From positions 62,001 to 117,128 of the forward strand of contig JAPEUI010000051.1 of the NCBI GenBank assembly GCA_026025075.1: a DNA stretch of 55,128 nucleotides, in the 5' to 3' direction. Shown here piece by piece: positions 1-13,244 of this stretch (its first letter is position 1; every line of letters begins with the position of its first letter). The DNA comes from Vezdaea acicularis. Taxonomy: Eukaryota. The notes below the pieces were generated by a model. The model saw only the letters and a list, made by a program, of their open reading frames with translations. It ran no database searches and had not been told where the DNA came from. The translations under genes and the position numbers were made by a program.

Positions 1-1094
1 AGCCCCACATCTCTATACCGCGCTGCGCTCACTCCGGTCTCCCCCGCCGTCCCACCGGTCTTTGGCGTGCCAGGCGCCGTCGGCGTGGGCGTCATCGCGC
101 GCACGTTCGTAGAGGCGGTGAAACTCGGGGTTTCTGTCCAGGGCAGCGTCCGATGCGGCCGCTCTCCCGTCTTGGGCGTCGGCAGGCCCGTCTCCGCCTC
201 GTCTTCTTCGTCGCCGCCCACTACCCCCTCTGCGAACAGCACGCGCCCTGTGCTGCGCTTGCTGGTGGGTGTTGTGAAGGGATCGTCGGCGCCGCTGGGG
301 GGAGCGCGACTGCGGGCGGCGGCGGCAGGTTCGGTCGCGGCGCGTTTGCCTGGGGAGGTGACAGCGTGGGTACGGGCTGCTTTGCGGGGGGTGGTGGGCG
401 CGGCTGTCGGAGGGTGCGTTTTGGTGGGTTTGCGGGTTGGTGCTTGGGTGGATGGTAGGCCAGATGTGCCCCTGGGCAGGGTGGGGTAGATGGAAGGCAA
501 TTCCTCCGCAAACGGTGGGGACGGGGTCCGGTTGACGTTCGTGGCGTCGTCAAAGTCATGGGCGAGCTGCGCAATGTCGTCGTCGTTGTCGTCATAGTCC
601 ATGGAAAATCCATCAGCTGGCGGAGTGGGGTGGCGCTGGGTTTGCGTTGGTGGAGGTGCTGCTGCTGAGGTGGAAGGGGGCGGGGCGGGAGGCGCTTCGG
701 AGCGGAAGTTCGACATCAGCACCGCGGCTTCGCGGGGCTTGGCGTCGTCGGCCCAGAGGAAGAAGTTGCAGCGGACGTTCTGTGCTTTCTGACAGGTATA
801 GACTGGTGCCTGTTAGTCACAATCCCGGACGTTGCGGACAGAGGGTATATCGCCTTACACCACCGTCCGTGGTTCTTGCCGCCGTTCTTGGTCTGGAAAT
901 ATTCCGCTGGCATGCGAGGATCGCAGTTGCCTAGGTCTTGTTAGAGCTTAGCGGGCTTGGAGAATCGTGCAGGAGAGCCTACATTTCCAGATGCCATTGT
1001 CAAAGAGCCCTTTGAGGGGGGCCTTAGAATATTGTTGCTGATTTGCACCTGCCGAGGCGCCACTTTGGAAGGTGGTCATGTTGCTATGGGGCAT
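1..1094 (-). CDS. GRF zinc-finger domain protein with Pro/Thr-rich tail (3' end outside window)
   Basis: Manual splice across two GT-AG introns gives MPHSNMTTF...KGLFDNGIWKC/NCDPRMPAEYFQTKNGGKNHGRW/FYTCQKAQNVRCNFFLWADDAKPREAA, matching the zf-GRF pattern (GRxFYxC...CxFFxW). The frame stays open to base 1. The start could instead be ATG 1079. Confidence 0.8.
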
Positions 1095-1564
1095 GGCGTG
1101 CAGGCGTGCGCTCAAGGCGGTATCAATCGAGGTTTCTGATAGAATTCAGTTGTGACGATAGAGGAATATGGCTGGAGCATGTTGCGCGCCCCGTTCTTAT
1201 GATGGTATGGCATTGGAAGGCTACACCCGTCGGTGGCGGGGAGAGACAAGATCGTTGCCTACATCTCGCGTTGTGGTAGGGAACCGATTGGTCGACTTGC
1301 TATCATGCGTCAACCTCTAAAAAAAGCTTCGGCGTCAAACAAAACCGGAGACCTCTCGAATATTTATTGGTTGTGTATTAATGGCAATAGGAATTTATAT
1401 TCAGCGCAATTCTATCAAGATAATCGAGACCGGTCTACCTGTATGCGCCCGCGACGCCTTATTGACGCCCAGCTGTCTATGGATAGCTACCTGTCAGTAG
1501 AGCTCTAGTTCCTCCTCCACAGCCTTACAATGGACCCCTCCCCCTCCCCCAAAAAGAAAATAGA

Positions 1565-3492
1565 TCAATGTTTATGATGGTAAGCTGTCAACTTCTCGTC
1601 CGAGCTGGTATCATGAAGCTCGTTTACCGCGAGCGACATCCGTCCCGACCGTCTCCGACTAGTTGGTAGTCCAGTCTCCGGATCAACGACCGATTGTCCC
1701 CTGCGCGCGGCCTGTACCAAGTCTGGGTTCTGCTCCTTCAGCATAGCAAAATTGCGTTCAGCGTCCCAATTCCAGGGTGAATCAGCCGCGAAGAGGAGGT
1801 TCATTTCCTCAAGCGTGCGTTGATTCGACTCGGGATACAGCGCCCAGACCATCGGTATGCTCAGAATATTGGCAACGCCGAAGATGAACAGCGTATACGA
1901 CGTGATGTTCTTGAACATAACGGGGCTGATGAGACAGAGCCATCCGTTTCCAACGGACCACCCGGCGACGCCCCATGCGTTCCCTTTGGCGCGAACTTCG
2001 AGCGGGAAGATCTCAGCCGGGTATAGCCATGGCACGGTCAGCCAGGTGGCGCCGAAGACGAAAGTAAAGATAAATACAAAGGCTGCGCCGCCCGCACCGT
2101 ATATCTTGGCCCGAGTGGCATCTTGAGCAGCGCGGGCTTTTTCGCCTTCGACGCAAAGAGCGCCAGCTGCGAACATGGCGATCCCTTGGGCAACAGAACC
2201 CCAGTAGAGAGTCCAGCGGCGCCCAATCCGGTCAAGCGTGAACACACATATGAGTGTAGAGAACATGTAGAAGATGTCGTTGGTGCCAGCCAGCCAGGCT
2301 GCTTTGTCCGGACTAAAGCCCGCGATAGGGCCGAAGATGGTAGGGGCGTCTAGGTGAAAGGCGGCATTAGTAAAAGCAAGAGGAGCTATGAGATTTGCCA
2401 GTACTTACAAACAGTCACGACAGCAATGCCAACCCATTCTTGCATAATTTGAAGCCAGATGACCAATTGTACTCGGCGGCCGGTATGGAGCTTCCCAGAC
2501 CCGATCCCGAAAAACATGGACCAATAAGAATTACGACTAGCAGTCTTCCGTTCGAGTTCAACGATGTTTCTGATGTCCTGGAACTCGGCCTCCGCGCGAC
2601 CGGCATCTTCCCCGGTTTCACCACGGAGTCTCCCAAGGATATATCGAGCTTCACCTTCACGGCCAACTTTGGTGAGCCAACGGGGCGATTCGGGGAAGAT
2701 CCAAACGATGAGGAACAAGAAAAGCAGTGGCACGATCTGGAAGCCGATAGGAAAGCGCCAGGTAAATGCCGTGGCACCCCCCTTAAATTTCCTCAGACCA
2801 CTGTAGCGGGTAAGCAAGTGCTGTGAAGAGACGCAAGTACGCTTACAATTCAAGCCAGTATGCGACGACGACACCGAAGATATTCAACGTGAACTCAATC
2901 GCGATGAACTGGCCTCGGGATGTATGCTCAGATGTTTCGGTAGCCCAGACTGGGACGATAGCGTTGAGGATGCCAGTTCCAATGCCATTGACTGCGCGGG
3001 CGCAGATCATCCAGGTTGCATCCTGAGCAGAACACTGTAGCGCAGCACCAAGAACAGCCCAGGCGGCTCCCAGTGCAATAGTCTTGATACGGCCGACCTT
3101 GTCACCAAGCCAACCCCCAAGAAAGCATCCAAAGAGAGTACCGAGATAATAGACCGAGATCTGGAGTTATTAGACCTTGAGGATAGCTTAATGGGCTGCA
3201 ACGGCACATACAATACCACCTTGCCGAATGGTATTGTCGATTACGACCTGACCATCTTGCCCTATATGTCCAATTTCCATGAGATGAACATAGTGAGGGG
3301 CCGTATTGACTCCTCCCATCATACCCTGATCGTATCCGAAGAAGAAAATTGACAAGCCAGCGACGCAGTTTATTCTGGTGTCCGGATCAGTACTGCAGTC
3401 TCTTCTATCTGGAAAATACCTTCTGCTTACGCAATCAGAAGACTGCGTTTCTGCAGTCCATGGGCAACGTTGAATTTCCCAATCCGATCCAT
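1565..3492 (-). CDS. MFS sugar porter (STL1-like sugar/polyol transporter)
   Basis: Multi-exon. Starts MDRIGKFNVAHGLQKRSLLIA. Motifs FFFGYDQGMMGGV, PESPRWL, DRIGRRW, YPAEIFPLEVRAKG, YPESNQRTLEEM. Stop at 1565. Confidence 0.93.
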
Positions 3493-6400
3493 TGCGGTCA
3501 ATATTATACTGCCTTGCGGCTGGTCGAAGACTATCAGAGGTCTTCAGTTGTCTAAACAAAGAGAGGCAACGGTCGACAGAGTAGTATTAATACGGAAAGG
3601 AGGAAGAACACGGAGCTGGAGAGGAGAGAAAGGAGCTGCTAGACAGCTGTATCAGCTGGAAGGACTCGGAAACTCAAAAGAGATGGTTACATCAGCAATT
3701 GACTAGTGGCGTTAGATTGGGAGATCGTGCCCAACGTCCGGACAGTGATTGATATTTAAAGTCCTCCAGAATAACACAATATTGTTCGTTCGTCCGATCC
3801 ATAGGCATTTCATGAAACAAACAAAAGGGGTCCGTGATCAAAGACAGTTCCCTTGATCAGGGCCAGCATGGGTCCTGGAGAAAGTGGTAGTATAAAGGAA
3901 TAAAATCCCACATGGCACTAGATAGCATCCGAGCTTTTTACACGAGTATTGTTATTCCTCTTCTTCGCGCTCCTATCCTAGAGGACATACACAAGATTGT
4001 TAACATCCGATATACGAGGTTGAGAACTTGATATGCATGCAAGATGGACAGACAGATAAGATATCAAATCAGCTTCGTCGATTGGCAGCGTGCTCTTTCT
4101 TTCGGTGTAACATACTAGCCTGATCCATCGACTTGTAAAATTCTGCTGGTACCGTAGTTTCTAGACGCAGGGCGGCCCCTCCCCCTTTGCCCAACCAGCC
4201 GAGGATTCCTGTAAGGTGGAATTGTCGGGTTCACGCCAATCAACTTTCGAGATACTTTGGTATGGCTGCATGGGGGCATGGTAGCCCCTTTGCTGGTGAC
4301 AGAACTAACTCCAACCGACAAATTTCTACCATTGAAAGTATCGTTCCTGGTCGAAAGAGCTCCATGGCTCCTTGGCCAGGAGGTATCATGCAAACGCCGC
4401 GATCTTCTTTTCCATTAGGTTTAGGCCTCGTGGCTGCTCGGACCCCAAACTTTACCATGCACATTATGACGTTGGTTTATGCTATTGGGGACGGGTACCG
4501 CGTCATCCGTGGCGCTGTGTGCGGGATTATCAAGCCGAACGGTTTTGAGCAGTCGATCTCTGCTTTGGGCGCGAGGTTCGCCATGCCCTCCATTTCAATC
4601 GCCCCAGCACAATATGTAGACAACTCGTATTTGTCTTCAGATCTGATTCTTGATTGAAGCGCCACGTTCGTCCGAAGGTTTGTGCGGGGTTGGAAGGATT
4701 CTAACCTGGGATGTGGGGACGTCGTGAGAAGCTTGTCTTGTCTCCAGACGAAGCCACTCCCGCTCCACGTGGCAAAAACAGTCTAAGCTCCATTAGGAAC
4801 ATCCTACGGAGGGACGGCGCTTGATTTCCCCGTCTTGCCTTCAACGTCCTCAATCTACTATGAGGTCTGCTCACACCTCTTAGATCACTAATCCCCCACA
4901 CATCACATCGTTTCAGAATGCGATCAGTCGAATATTGAGCGATAAGTCGCATTTTAGGGGGCCAAAGGAATGTGCGATGCGCTCTTTAGCACGCTCGGCT
5001 CTCACGGCACCTAACAGAGATATCCGAACACCTATATTGTCATAGACGTTGTGATACTTAGAGCTGCCTCTTCATTATCTATGGTCATCGGTCATAGCTT
5101 ACGTTGTTAGAACGAGGCCAATAGGAGGGGGGGTCTTTCCTGACGCTGCTACTCATTCCATTGCTCACCAACAAGCTTTCCCCACTCACACCTGCAAAAA
5201 GCTTGTCCAAGCCAACTTTGAATTCTCCCAGGCATCCAGTCATCTCCATAAGCGCCTTGCCAATCCAGCCGCCTTTGAGACCTTTCTCCGGATAGCCTCC
5301 TTTCCCAGGCAGCCATTCTGTAAACCCTTCATTTTCTTCTGCCTTGTTGCTGAACACGTAGATGTTAGCTGTGGCTTGATGTGGAAGCAATGATCTTCCT
5401 AGCATGGTGTGCGGCAAAAAGCATCATGATCTGTGCCCTCACCACGTTCTTCCCAGGTGGAGACAAGATTTCCGGGATTGCGCCCAAAGAGGCAGGGATC
5501 GTGATGGTACCAAACCAGTGACACACGGGAAAAGATCCTGGAGCCTCTTGACAGCCGCTTCGTCGTGATGTTCGAAGATGTGGTCTGCATCGCTCCCCTT
5601 GAACTAGGGAGTCGTGTGGCGAGCTATTCAAGCTGACGTGTAGCCATTTTGCTGAAGCAACCATAGCGGAGAAGCCTCCCAGACGAGAAGTTTATTCTTG
5701 GTTTGGCTGTGGGCTCTGAGACTTGACTGATACTTCCATGTCCAAGATGGATTTCACAAACACCGAGACTAGAGTTGGGCGGCTGCTGCCACATCTTCCG
5801 CGTGGTCTAGGCCTCCGATCTACAACCAGTCAGTCGTCTACCGTTGAATCACACCCCATAACACTTCTATATGCGATATTCATGTCGAAAGCCTCATATA
5901 TATATCTCTGACCATATAACTCTAAAGTGCTCTATACCTCAATAGAACATCGAGTGAGTAAGCGCTCGCTTCTATACGACCTCGTTCCGAAGTTCATACC
6001 TGACACCCCTCTTACTGCTCCTAACACTCCTGCAGCCATTGAGCCTAAACCTGCAGGGAACATTAGCTTAAAGGTAGCTATTTCGGCAAATTTGGCATAT
6101 AAAGGTTTCAAGGCTGGTGCTTGTGCTTACACAGTCAAGCTGTAGGTCAGCTTTTCAACACAAAAATGACCAACGGAAGATGTCCCGAGCAATACACGAC
6201 CGAGATAATAGGACGAGGGAAGGGGAGAATCGGTCATGAACTCTACTCAAGATCTCACCTGTCCCAGGCTCCGCAATATTTCCTGGACCAAGTCTAATGG
6301 CACCTTCCTCTTAAATTAGCTAAGCTATCTCGTTCTCACGAATTGGGGGGGCTGCCATAGTTTATAGATCTTGAGATATGATGGTATGAAGCCTAGATAC

Positions 6401-6985
6401 TAGACAGAAGCTAGCTCTAATAATTGGAAAATGGTGCTTAGAAGAAACAGAGCAATTGCAGCACATGCTCAAAATGCGAAGGAGAAGCAAATTCACAACG
6501 CTCTTTCCTAGAATGGGTAGTGGAGTACCCGCAGGTCTTAGGGTCCTTCTTAACATAACTTACTGCCTCCGCAAGCTCTAAAGATCCCGTTGAAGGGTAC
6601 GCCGGAAAGAATGCATTGTGTTCATTTTCAAGCCATGCCGAATCAAGCTGAAGTAGCATGTTCCGTCATGGTAAAAGTGAGAGAACATCTTTTGTCGCTC
6701 GGATTTAGTAGCGTAGATACTTGTGCTATAGCACTTCCTGATCACCAGCTATAGTTCTGACACATCAGTGGTCGGACTTTTTACGCCATTCCAAAGTGAG
6801 AGCAAACGCGGTAGCAAGAGAAAGTGTGAGCGTTTTCCAATCGTTAATTTTATGCAAGCCTTTCTAGCCCAGACTATAGACTGGTGTTGAACCGACTGCT
6901 GCATGCATCCCAGCGGAGTCTTCCACCATGACACAGCAGTACAATTCTATCGTTCGTTACAGGGCGTTTGATGAGCCAAAAACGT

Positions 6986-9900
6986 TTAAAGAGACTCTTC
7001 GATCACGATCTTCGGCTCCATAATAGCATCGACCTTGCCAGTTGCGCCAACAGACTTTGCGTCCTTCTCCCCGTTCTGGATTGTAGAGCCTACATTACTT
7101 GACTGTCTTCGGAGGCCTTTCCGAACGGTGACTAGGGAATCCACAATCACCGCGTCGATTTCTTGGTCGGCTTGCACCTATTCAATGAATGATTAGCTTC
7201 CAATTCCAATTCTTACGGGTGGTTGCGCCATATATTACTAACCTGCACATTCACAGGGTCGTTGTTGAGCGTTCCGTACGATATGCAGACTAACCCAGAC
7301 TCCTTTACAACTCGAATAAGCCTTGGCGCGATGACCAAGGGTAGCGCCGTTGTTACAACGCCAAGCAGGTTCCAGCGACTGGCGAATCGAATTGCCTCCT
7401 GTAGACTGGAAGCTCGAATATCTCCAACGGATTCAGTCCCAGCGTCAGTGAGAAATAGAACCGGGATTGACGGCTGCTTAAAAGAGAGCAGAAGACATAT
7501 ATCGGGGTTGAAGGATGAGAAGATAATATTCCGGCCTTTATTCTTTCCGTACACTTTCGCCAAGACGGTATCCACAAATGTATTGAGATCGATTGCGTAG
7601 GTATCCATCTCCTGAGCCTCGGATTCGAAAAGCATTGGATACTCTGAAGTTATGAATTAGTTTGGAATTCGGACCGGGAACCTATTAGACTCACTCATTT
7701 CAATATTGAATCCCACCCCTTGTGGGACTTCTTCGAACATTCGATCGAGGGTGGCAAATTTGTCTTTGATAAAGTTTCCAATGCTGTTGCTCTTGAAACC
7801 TTTGATCTTGAAGTCACGAGTATGTTTCATTCGCTCATTCATGTCTGCAACCGATTCGTTATAGGACTGACCCATTGATAGCGAGCGGCTCTTTCTTATG
7901 TCATTCTTCACGCTATTAATCCGAGTGTCCGCAGACCGCACGGGAGAGTGCTGTCTGGACGGCTTCGGTGTCACCGCCTCTCCCACGTGGAGGAACTAGA
8001 CGTTGTTAAAATCAAGACGTTTTCAGAGTAAAGTCAACCAACCCACCTGCTCTAGGGTGAGGGTATAAACAGGCGCATCTATACCCGTTTCGCTGACCAG
8101 GAAGTCATGGTAGATTACCGGTACATGATCTTTGGTGAGTTGAACGTCTATCAGTGTTAGCAAACAATAAGGGGGTCTCTCTCCTCCCAAGTGTTACCAA
8201 ACTAAGATTGGTCAGCAATTTTCTGTATCCTCAAATTTTCAAACTTCAACTCACTTCTATATAGTTCGCCCCAAGATTTGCAGCTGCGATGAACGACTAG
8301 ACTACTAGTTAGATCATCTTTTGCGTGATCTGGAATATTTCATACCTGTATGGTGTTCTCCCCCAGTTGAAGGGACTTAAGAGACGGTTGATTCTTCCCG
8401 AGACCTTCACCAGGATTAGATGTAAAACCGAGAAAGACACCCTGCAAAGCTACCTCGATGCCCAATAACCATCGGCGATGCCAAACTCTTCCAATAGGTC
8501 TGCTTCTCGGTAATCAACATGTTTGGATGTGAGAAGGGCGTGATCACAAGGAAATTGAAGTTGACAGAGCCTATGACGTCCAGAGTGTTCGCAGCCATGA
8601 TGGGTACGCTTAAGTCGCCTTGAAGATTAATGCGCGCCGTCCCGATAGTCGGTTTTACCGTTCCAAGCATGGCAACAGCACGGCCAATTTTCTTTTCCTT
8701 AGAGCCTGAATACGTCGGAACAATGTCAAATAGAAGCTTAACCTTTGAAGGATCTTTCGTGTGGAAGACCATTGGCTCTGTGCTAATGTTGTCTTGCACA
8801 GGAAGATCAACGACTGTAGACTCCCCGTGACCACCAACAACCGACACCACGACTGATAAAGCAGTGTCGAGTTGTGTAGAGTGAGCATGCGCAATTGGGA
8901 TGCGGTCAAGCTTCACAGCCTCGAGAGCCTTTCGATAATCCATAGAACCTAGGCTTACAAGGACCATTGTCTCATCCGTGAGATACCTATGCCCAAACGT
9001 CTTCACAGTTTCAGAAGTGCGAACAATCCCCGCTCCATACTTGGCCACATGAGATGTCCTGTCTTCAAGTGATGATGATGATTGAGGAGAAGTAGATAGC
9101 GTAGGCGGGCTGTCTCCGGAGCCTTCCGTCTGGCAGGCGCTGGCCAGCTTCTTGGCAATGCCAAGGTGTCCACGGAGCGCTGCATGCTCTTTTGGGGTCC
9201 AGCCTGATGAATCAATCCTATCTAGTTCAGCGCCTGCCTCTATCAGAAGATCAACGATTGGCGGATGCCCATCAATACAGGCAATGAATAGCGGGGTCCA
9301 AGCGAAGGTATTCTCAGCAATTTCAAAGTTGGCTCGTTGTTGAGAAGACCCATTCAGAAGAATCCTCGCACATTCTTCATGGCCAAAGCGTGCCGCAATA
9401 TGCAGCGCAGTTTCGCCTTGATCATCTTGATAATTGATATCAACGCCTATATCGACCAGGAGCTTAACGATAGTGACAAAGTTGGCCTTCGTGGCGAGGG
9501 CAAGAGAAGTGCCTGACTTTTTTATTGCCTTACGAGGAGCACCTATCTCTTGCTTATCATTCATCCAGCTTTCAGCCTCGATGAGAGTCTTTGTTGTCAA
9601 AGGATGGCCGCCAATGATACTTAAGTGAAGTGGTGCCCAGCCCTCATTGTCTTGCCATCTAGGAGCATCGATTCCGCTGGACACATCGAATTGGTTCCAC
9701 AGCTGCATATGCTGGATGACAATTTGAGTAATCACAACGAATCCAAAACGTGCAGCGTAATGTAAGGGCATCCGTCCATATGAGTCGCGAGCCTCCAGGG
9801 CAACTCTCTGGTAAGGTCGTAATTTGTCGAGGAGGTACTGTAACATAACGACCGACTCATCATTTCGTCCAAGGAGGGTAGTTCCGTCCTGTTCTGTAGT

Positions 9901-11010
9901 TCTACACTCAGGGGGTATTTGGATTGGAGAAGCAGCGGGGGTAATGTAGTTAGATCTACTGCCTGAATCATCTTCCGTGATATCTGTGATCTTCTTGCTG
10001 CCTTCTATAGTTTTGGATCGACCGATAGAGATTACTAAGCGATGGATGCAATTGCGGCCATTGATGTTGTCCTCCTCCGAAAGAGAAGATATCCGAGTAA
10101 GCAACATATCAACGCAGGCCTTAGATCTGCAGGAGATAGCTCGCTGCAGGAGGTTGAGGAAGAGGCTTTGAGAACTGACAGCGTCATCATCTTTGGCATC
10201 GCTAGCGTTTTCTAATAAAACCTCGGCCAATTTTGATGCATCATCATTACGGAGAGCTCGATCAACGGTATCAAGGAGGCCAGGAGGTAGCCGCATTATA
10301 GCCTTAGAAGAGACTGTGCGATATGAATGATCTGACCGAATAGAGCTTGTATCGTCCGACAACTTCGCTTCTCCTAGTGTAGAGAGCCATTCGTTGATAA
10401 TATTCATGCTCTTCTCGAGCTCATAATTCCTTGCAAACTCTTTTGGATCGACCCTTGACTTGAGATACTGTTCCTGTGCACATAGGTTCGGCACCTTCTT
10501 GTCAAGCTTCTTCGTAATTTTAACGAAGCCCCTCCGATTGACTTCGCCGTACCATTGTAGCTTCCTTAGATGGGCTCGAAGCTCTAGGAGAGCGCCGATC
10601 AGTTCCTCAATCTCGTCATAATCGATGCTCTCAGGGATCGATGTAGAGGGTCCATAGCGATCTTGCAGAAGTTTGAGTCGCCTTGAAGACTCGCCAGACT
10701 TCTTATTGTAAAAATTGTCTACTGTTTCGACGTTCCGGTCGAGGAAGAAAAAGAATCCTGGCATCATTTAGCTTTGGTGAATTCATGGTGACACGAGACA
10801 AGGGCATACCAGCAAGATCAGCATCGCCTGTACTCTTCAGCTCTGCAGAAGCAGACCTGATCAACTTCTTCAGGCTCTTATAATTGATGTACGACGACGA
10901 CCATTCCGGTACCTGGTTACGAGATAAGCTGATACACAAAGATGGATTAGCGAGGTTTTACAAGGCTATCTTTTAGTGGTGAATAGAACTAACTTCCGAC
11001 CGAACTTCAT
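6986..11010 (-). CDS. GDE1: Glycerophosphocholine phosphodiesterase (SPX-ankyrin-GDPD)
   Basis: SPX start MKFGR(N)...YINYKSLKK and GFVKITKKLDK; ankyrin repeats (GRMPLHYAA, GETALHIAA, WTPLFIAC); GDPD motifs VIGHRG, GENT, YIEFDVQLTKD, IIFSSFNPD, AVIVD. Multiple introns. Confidence 0.95.
8198..8201 (-). other. GDE1: 4-nt micro-exon (TTTG) of GDE1
   Basis: Flanked by intron 8254-8202 (GTGAGT...GCTGAC...TTAG) and intron 8197-8148 (GTAACA...GCTAAC...ATAG). Its inclusion restores YIE|F D|VQLTKDH. Confidence 0.85.
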
Positions 11011-11128
11011 GTTCGCACTTATATGTCAAGCCAATCAACAGGTGAAATGGGAAGTCCTGTGTAATTGAACAGGACACCGCTGCGTTGAACCCGTCAACAT
11101 TGAGACTGACATCTGCATGTTGATGATA
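11011..11128. promoter_or_regulatory. Compact bidirectional promoter between GDE1 and DAD1
   Basis: Head-to-head start codons only about 118 bp apart. Confidence 0.65.
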
Positions 11129-11621
11129 ATGGCTTCGAGCTCCACCCATAGCCGATCCACAGCCGCATCTTCAGCGAACGCGCCACTGACATCGGCACCA
11201 ACTGCCGGTGAAAAGTCGTTTTTTGAAACTCAACGTGAAGTCCTCGTGTCAGAAATTGCCATCGTGAGTAGGGCGGGACATCCTATATCTCTCATCGCGC
11301 AATCAGCTGATGATACTTTGCGACACCCTCAGAGCCTCGAACATGTCTTACAAAACATGAACAAGCTAAACCGCAGTCTTGAAGGTGTCATCGCTGTGAG
11401 CATTTCCGGATAATTTCTCCATTCGAGTTGAAGGGTCATCATTGACTTATTTTTGCGGCCAGGTTGGGAACGAGTTTTCGTCAGTCGAAGCCCTATGGAG
11501 TCAGTTTGAAAACGTCATGTGGAAGGATCCAAATGCCGTAGATATCGGTGGAGATAGAAGTAGCAGTAGGGAAGGCGATGAGGAAGAGATGGAGGATACA
11601 ACCATCACGTCTGGTGGATGA
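11129..11621 (+). CDS. DAD1: DASH/Dam1 complex subunit Dad1
   Basis: Three exons giving [58 protein letters not shown], the typical Dad1 core. TGA at 11619-11621. Confidence 0.92.
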
Positions 11622-11848
11622 GGGTACGAAATTCTAGCGTATTGGTCACGATAGATCGGTCAGAGCGGCTTCAGTTACGCGTTCCATACATTTATTCCTT
11701 ACCCCGGCTACGCTCCAGGAGATAGAAAGATTCAGAGAAAAACAACGCTCCCAAACGCCATCGTCCGGCCGTAATGATCCGGCACGTTGTGTATCAAGAC
11801 ATGCCGAGACTCCGATAGTCTTATGCTTCCTTCAAGTCGTCATTGCAC

Positions 11849-12770
11849 TTAGAGAATCACACATTTTCTGCTCTTCTGCTTCCCACTACCAAGAAAGCCG
11901 CTTAACGACGAGCTCTCCTTTCGATCTTCACCCACAGCCATTGTCACTGCCGTCTCAAAGAGTTCATGTACGCCGCTCATCTCTTTACTGCTGCATTCGA
12001 AGTACGTCGCTCCCATGCGCCTTGCGACTGAGGAGCCCTGCTCGGGTGTGACGGGCGTTAGACCTTGAGTTTTGAGCAAATCAATACACGTTCGCTTGGT
12101 CCTAAGGTCTGACTTGAGGCCGACAAGTATAATGGGTGTCGTTGGGCAGAAGTGCATGACCTCCGGATACCACTAAGAGATGTCAGAATAAGTACTAAAC
12201 CGAAAGCAACTAAGGAACGTACCTTATCCATGACGTTTTCTAGAGAGTTTGGGCAATCGATCGCGAAACATACAAAGAGAAGGTTGGTCTCTGGGTAGGA
12301 GAGAGGGCGAAGGCGGTCATACTCTTCTTGGCCAGCAGTATCCCATAAAGCAAGCTCAACAGTCTTGCCGGTTGGCTGATGAGTCGTGTTCGTGATGTAG
12401 TTCTCAAAGACTGTGGGAACGTATTTCTGGCCATGTTAGCCGCAAAACATAGTCTCGGACTCGTATATCTTACCTCTGGAAAGTATCCTTGGCTGTAGCT
12501 TATCAGTAAACATGTCTTCCCGCACCCTCCATCTCCAACTACGACAATCTTCCGCGAGAACTCTGGTGGCTGTGTGATGGCTGTCTCTGCGGACACATCG
12601 CCAGTGGATGTACTCATAGTTGTGCGAAAAGTGCCGTTACTGGCGCGATGGCTCTGTTCCCGAACAGGCTTTCGTCGAGGAGATGTGCTTGCAGATGCTG
12701 AGCGTTCCGTGTTAAATGACGGTTGGCGGGAAGAGGGACGGTAATCGTGATCATAGAGTTGAGAAGGCAT
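11849..12770 (-). CDS. RHO4: Rho-family GTPase, Rho4 type
   Basis: N-terminal extension; [20 protein letters not shown]-loop; YVPTVFENY effector loop; [19 protein letters not shown]-terminal CaaX (CVIL). Two introns. Confidence 0.9.
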
Positions 12771-13244
12771 GACTTCGTAAGGTACAGATCAATCAACTTT
12801 GGCCAATTATCGCCGGCGTTGTGTTGGCAATTCGAGGGCACGAAAGCAGTATACGAAGGAGATATTTGCAGTCTATTGAGAATAACAATGAACTCGTATT
12901 AGAATGTGTATTTGCAGGTTTCTAGGAAGTATAGAAGACGCAAGGTATGAATTGTGCCTTTCCTTGGTTCTGACAGCTCTGTTTAGACGGTGGTGTTGAC
13001 ACAGCAACGGGAGCTAGCCCCACCAAGGCCCCTGTCTCTTATAAGCGTGCTCTCAGTGTTTTCACGATTGGCAGGGCTTGCCGAGGCCGAACCGTGCTGA
13101 AACCCGATCTTGTTCATTCTAAAGGGGTATAATGCGACTACCTCAAGTTTCGTGTAAATACGTCGCGCAAGTCGATTCCTGCACGCTGCAAGCGCACCAG
13201 AAATGTTGAAGTAATTGCAACTTAGTAATGTTCACCTTGCGACG

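Noticed and set aside
4115..4952. ORFs upstream of the sugar transporter, including the 156-aa ORF at 4187-4657
   Set aside because: No recognisable motifs, non-ATG start and overlapping ORFs on both strands; probably promoter or intergenic DNA.
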